NCBI GenBank assembly: GCA_000934665.2
Contig: KZ538552.1
Location: forward strand, 1 to 63,696
Length of the DNA: 63,696 nucleotides
Direction of reading: 5' to 3'
Origin: Catajapyx aquilonaris
Taxonomy: Eukaryota
Part shown: piece by piece, positions 60,901 to 63,696 of the stretch
Numbering within the stretch: position 1 is the first letter of the stretch
Layout: each line of letters starts with the position of its first letter
The notes under the pieces: model-generated
The model's database searches: none
Told to the model about the DNA's origin: nothing
The model's input: the letters and a program-made list of their open reading frames with translations, nothing else
Made by a program: the position numbers and the translations under genes

Positions 60901-62137
60901 CCACTTTTGCGATAAGTGGACTAATTGTAGTTTTTTTCGGGGGGGGGGGAGGATAGGGGGAAGTAAACATATGAGTCATGTGAAGTTCCGGAGGTCTTAT
61001 AAATTGGCTCTCGTTAGACGGCTATTGTGGGTACGGGTCACAAAAACGGGGGGAATTTTTACATTCGTGTTAACCTTGAGGCGGCGTAACATGTGTAATT
61101 AGAATTATCAATGATCGTGTAGTGCGCCATAAAAAATATATCCCCGAATCAGCCGGACTCAAGTCACGATCCAATTCGCATATATCTCGCAAAAATTTCA
61201 GGTCGTTCACTTTGACACCAATCTAGGAAGCTATGCGTTGGATTGAGGGGGGTGCTTTACAACAACAGGCGCAAATGACTCATTGTCAATAACACATGGC
61301 GCCTATCTTATCTATGGGGGACTAAAGTCTTCTGATTTCGAAAATGAGGTGCCTGGGCGTGTTCCAAAAATGAGAGAAAAAAAACCGGGGCTGGCTGCAA
61401 CAATAGCTCCCATCCTACACAAAAAAGGTACATAAAGCACGGAATTCATCACCTCCATGAGATCGTGATGGCGCTATTCCCCCCCCCCCCNCCCCCCCGC
61501 CCCCACAAAATGCCTTCACTTGCCCTTCTCTCAACAGTCGGTGGTCTACTCCGGAGCAAGGGGCAATAAAGGGATAGAAAACAATCAGCATTATGGTCGT
61601 CAAGTGCAAGAGGAAGGCTGCACCCAAACTACCATTTCATGACGTTTATGCCTCATGTTTCCCCATGTAGTAAAACTCGGATTTTGTTTTGTGGTCGGGC
61701 TTATTTTCCAGGAAGAACAGCCGGCGGGCCCGGGCTCGAATGAGCCAATCAGCCCCTTTTCACCCATCTTACAAAATTGAAGGGAGGGCATCCCTCGGGA
61801 AAATTTCGTCTACACTGGGTACGCCCACATTGGGTCGACAATGGCTGCAAATTATAAATAAGTGAGCGGCCTCTTTTTCCAGGGGGTTCATCAGAATAAC
61901 CCAATATTGGCTACCCTTCCGGATGACCTTTGTGGCAGGTTGGAACCCTGCGTTCTTCGGCCCACCAAACCCCACCTCTCGTGCACCAATCTGGATTTTC
62001 AGGTTGGGCACAGGTTTATGAGCCCCGCTTTTTCTTTTGTTGGGCTTCTAGGGCCGCACTACTGGAGCTACCACCCGCAGAGCCGGGGCTGACCAGGTAA
62101 AAGGAGCGTCGACACACACATTGTTTGCGGTACTTAC

Positions 62138-62333
62138 CGTTGTAGTTGTCAAAGGCGGTGGGCACATACTCGGTAGGATAACCGTTGGTGGTGTAGCTGA
62201 CCACCAGCGAGGTCTTCCCAACAGCACCATCGCCGATCAGCACACATTTGATACGGGCTTTGCAGTCTTTAAACTGTTCCTCGTTGGCCGGAATCAACAG
62301 GCTGGTGCCACGGTCTTTGGCGTACGGAGGCAT
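62138..62333 (-). CDS. RHOU: RhoU/Wrch1-like Rho GTPase, coding exon 1 (full protein 277 aa)
   Basis: MPPY...[38 protein letters not shown], then G|gtaagt at 62137; G1 and G2 boxes with the RhoU-type sequence. Confidence 0.93.
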
Positions 62334-62590
62334 CTTCGGCGAAGCCCGTGGGGATGGAATGGTTGACAGCAGCTGAGGGGGGATGTGAACACCCCCCGTG
62401 ACTACCCAGCTCGGGAAGATGCAACACTGTCCACTATCACTGCACACGCCGGTACACACATGGAACTGTCTGGAAACTACAACTGCCGTACCATCCCACC
62501 GTCTCCTATCCCACCCGGGCCCTGACTGTTCTTCAAATCAGCCCTCCCTGTGCCAGCAGCTGATCCCATTCGACCACCTCTCCTCCCATC

Positions 62591-63402
62591 TGACGTCACC
62601 ACCCGCCTCCACCAATCCCAGACCGACTCTCTCACCTGCCGAACACTGGCGAAGTAGAAATGTCTCCCTTGTATGTGCCGGAATTACACATACGGTCCTC
62701 ATCCGACAACAATCATCTTACAGGTGGACACTGGGCAAATTCGGGAAGATGCGGGACTGGCCAGGGCTGGTCAGGACAGGTCCGGATGGTATTGAGCGCT
62801 GAGACCAGCCGGATTCAAACTCTGCGCTGGGCTAGAGAGGAGGGAACTCAAATTCCAGTCCCGCGATCAGCATTTGGATGGCAGGCGCACAGAAGCTGGC
62901 AGGAGGTGGCTGCCCAATGGATCTAGCCGAGTTGCTAGAAAGTGCTACCTCCTGCGGACTTGTGCTGTCCTGATGCTCCTAGCTGCCAAGTGGGGCTGGA
63001 ATTTTCTTCTGTTCCGGCCAAACTCCGACATGCCCATCTCTGCTGACGTCACACATTGCACGGTTCGAGCAGAACCGTACAACCGATACAGCCTGCCCGA
63101 TCCCACCGACCCTGCCGTGTAGGGAAGCGGGCTGCTGCAGCCCCCGTCAGCCGGGCGCTTGGCCGGGGATAGTCGGGGACAGGTTTCAACATGCAAAACG
63201 CTACTCATACATGCCTAATGCGCTCAATGTATACAAATGACTATCAAATAAAATGTGTAATATACTGATCTGTAGGCAGGTGCGTAATTTTTGTGATTAT
63301 GAGTAATCCTGAAGTGTGAGTCATAAAATAGGTGAAATTGCGCCACGGGAATGATTCATGTGCATATACCTGTAGCCACATGTAGGCTGGCAAAGTGATT
63401 CA
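62591..63402. promoter_or_regulatory. Candidate RhoU 5' regulatory region with CRE and AP-1 motifs
   Basis: TGACGTCA at 62591 and 63044; TGAGTCA at 63317; TGATTCA at 63352 and 63396; TGAGTAA at 63300. Confidence 0.35.
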
Positions 63403-63696
63403 TAATGTGGCCAACACACGATGGCACTATTGCAGACACAGCACAAGTAGCCTATGCATTATTATTGTTAACTTCGAGGTTAACCTGATTCTACTGTTAA
63501 CCTGCTATACCTGTTAACCCTCCAGGAAGCGTGCCTGCCTGAAAGTATTACGGCAACCGTGCCGCGGGGTCTTTTTGGACCCCATCCACATTTTAATTGT
63601 TATTAATTATTATATAACACTTTTCAATGTATTGACTATAAACAATCATTCTTTGAACAGTGCCTAAAATGATAGCTAATTCAAAATAAACATCCA

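Noticed and set aside
62334..62459. Upstream in-frame extension of RhoU (MCTGV...)
   Set aside because: Begins at GTG; the first in-frame ATG (62333, aagATG) gives an MPP start like RhoU orthologues.

Overview
Eukaryotic (animal, probably invertebrate/arthropod-like; taxon not determinable here) draft-assembly window with small N gaps. All recognisable genes are on the minus strand. The left 22 kb holds five intronless, diverged sepiapterin-reductase-like SDR genes (here SPR-1 to SPR-5) interleaved with a two-coding-exon CCDC32 homologue. SPR-4 lies in the CCDC32 intron on the same strand, and SPR-3 starts 14 nt after the CCDC32 stop. The spliced 516-nt CCDC32 ORF plus spacer has no AUG in any frame except its own start, the expected signature of a leaky-scanning bicistronic CCDC32-SPR mRNA. 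The other four SPR ORFs each have a 3' splice acceptor just before the ATG, and a GTAAGT donor overlaps the CCDC32 stop. This suggests one transcription unit that selects alternative terminal SPR exons, including one possible in-frame fusion. The right end carries a four-coding-exon RhoU/Wrch1-like GTPase gene (48.9-62.3 kb). About 25 kb in between has no recognisable gene. Many non-autonomous DNA transposons (MITEs) and simple repeats are scattered throughout.
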